The notes under the pieces were generated by a model, which saw only the letters and a program-made list of their open reading frames with translations, did not search any database and was not told the origin of the DNA. From positions 10,540,001 through 10,604,000 of the forward strand of contig OZ059899.1 of the NCBI GenBank assembly GCA_964057225.1: a stretch of 64,000 bases of DNA, given 5' to 3'. Position 1 is the first letter of the stretch; each line of letters opens with the position of its first letter. The translations under genes were made by a program, and so were the position numbers. Source of the DNA: Auanema rhodensis (lineage: Eukaryota; Animalia; Nematoda). Of the stretch, positions 62,101 through 64,000 are shown piece by piece.

Positions 62101-64000
62101 AACTAGTTTTTCCTATTTTAAAACAAACAAAAAAAAATAAAATGAAAAAGATTGTTAGATATCCATCTTAAACTTATACATTTACTTCGATAAAGAGCCT
62201 ATTAGTTTGAAATTTTATGTCTTACAGTTCTCCAACAGAACAGACTGATCCTGATTTCTCTATGATTACATCAAACTCTCGTTTGATATAAAAAAGAAGA
62301 GGAATAACGTTTCCAGGATGTCATTGATATCGAATCTAGTGATATTGTAAAAAAATGTAATGTCAGCTCCATAGGTTTTCTCTTAATTTCTCTCATCACA
62401 ATTGTCTTAGTTTTTTTTCTCATAAGAGTTTCTGAAATCTTAGGTGAACAAGGCCGTATATATTTTTTTCTGGAATTCGAAAGCATTTGGGATGGAAATT
62501 AGAAAGAAAAGAACTAGTTTTTCCTATTTTAAAACAAACAAAAAAAAATAAAATGAAAAAGATTGTTAGATATCCAATTTAAACTTATACATTTACTTCG
62601 ATAAAGAGCCTATTAGTTTGAAATTTTATGTCTTACAGTTCTCCAACAGAACAGACTGATCCTGATTTCTCTATGATTATATAAAACTCTCGTTTGATAT
62701 AAAAAAAGAAGAGGAATAACGTTTCCAGGATGTCAATGATATCGAATCTAGTGATATTGTAGAAAAATGTAATGTCAGCTCCATAGGTTTTCTCTTAATT
62801 TCTCTCATCACAATTGTCTTAGTTTTTTTTCTCATAAGAGTTTCTGAAATCTTAGGTGAACAAGGCCGTATATATTTTTTTCTGGAATTCGAAAGCATTT
62901 GGGATGGAAATTAGAAAGAAAAGAACTAGTTTTTCCTATTCTAAAACAAACAAAAAAAAATAAAATGAAAAAGATTGTTAGATATCCATCTTAAACTTAT
63001 ACATTTACTTCGATAAAGAGCCTATTAGTTTGAAATTTTATGTCTTACAGTTCTCCAACAGAACAGACTGATCCTGATTTCTCTATGATTACATCAAACT
63101 CTCGTTTGATATAAAAAAGAAGAGGAATAACGTTTCCAGGATGTCATTGATATCGAATCTAGTGATATTGTAAAAAAATGTAATGTCAGCTCCATAGGTT
63201 TTCTCTTAATTTCTCTCATCACAATTGTCTTAGTTTTTTTTCTCATAAGAGTTTCTGAAATCTTAGGTGAACAAGGCCGTATATATTTTTTTCTGGAATT
63301 CGAAAGCATTTGGGATGGAAATTAGAAAGAAAAGAACTAGTTTTTCCTATTTTAAAACAAACAAAAAAAAATAAAATGAAAAAGATTGTTAGATATCCAA
63401 TTTAAACTTATACATTTACTTCGATAAAGAGCCTATTAGTTTGAAATTTTATGTCTTACAGTTCTCCAACAGAACAGACTGATCCTGATTTCTCTATGAT
63501 TATATAAAACTCTCGTTTGATATAAAAAAAGAAGAGGAATAACGTTTCCAGGATGTCAATGATATCGAATCTAGTGATATTGTAGAAAAATGTAATGTCA
63601 GCTCCATAGGTTTTCTCTTAATTTCTCTCATCACAATTGTCTTAGTTTTTTTTCTCATAAGAGTTTCTGAAATCTTAGGTGAACAAGGCCGTATATATTT
63701 TTTTCTGGAAATCGAAAGCATTTGGGATGGAAATTAGAAAGAAAAGAACTAGTTTTTCCTATTTTAAAACAAACAAAAAAAAATAAAATGAAAAAGATTG
63801 TTAGATATCCAATTTAAACTTATACATTTACTTCGATAAAGAGCCTATTAGTTTGAAATTTTATGTCTTACAGTTCTCCAACAGAACAGACTGATCCTGA
63901 TTTCTCTATGATTATATAAAACTCTCGTTTGATATAAAAAAAGAAGAGGAATAACGTTTCCAGGATGTCAATGATATCGAATCTAGTGATATTGTAGAAG

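Larger units (their letters stand above)
1..64000 (+). repeat. Tandem satellite-like array, ~412-bp monomer (408-413 bp) with ten interspersed ~607-bp tRNA-bearing monomers
   Basis: The same sequence recurs every ~412 bp (ORF track starts 226, 638, 1050, 1462, 1874, 2286 ... 63500). All units face one way and no unique sequence is seen. The array runs off both window ends. ~150 units by length arithmetic. Confidence 0.99.

Noticed and set aside
1-64000. CRISPR array, 5S rRNA, spliced-leader RNA or sn/snoRNA gene within the monomer
   Set aside because: There are no unique spacers or cas genes, and no recognisable 5S or SL1 sequence on either strand. CTGA/ATGA motifs do not form a convincing C/D box pair. 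An Rfam/Infernal scan of the monomer would be decisive.

Overview
The whole 64-kb window is one head-to-tail, same-orientation tandem array of about 150 AT-rich units (~29% GC over the first 420 bp). It has no credible protein-coding gene; the ~140 near-identical short ORFs are by-products of the repeat. About 140 units are 408-413 bp. Ten units are ~607 bp and carry a complete 73-nt eukaryotic-type tRNA gene on the + strand, followed by a T7-T8 Pol III terminator. Nine have anticodon ACG (Arg). One (2883-2955) has a C35T change giving anticodon ATG (nominally His) on the Arg body. The short unit is the tRNA unit minus ~197 bp and normally keeps the first five tRNA bases (GGCCG) at the junction. 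The array therefore looks like a tandem tRNA-Arg gene array largely overgrown by a tRNA-less deletion derivative, i.e. a satellite apparently born from tRNA-array spacer. The direction (deletion rather than insertion) is inferred. Sequence variants define several nested higher-order repeats (about 0.82, 1.02, 1.23, 1.65, 2.25, 2.47 and 3.89 kb), and recombinant units record tRNA loss and exchange. The tRNA resembles animal tRNA-Arg(ACG) and, from memory, nematode sequences, but the organism cannot be established here.
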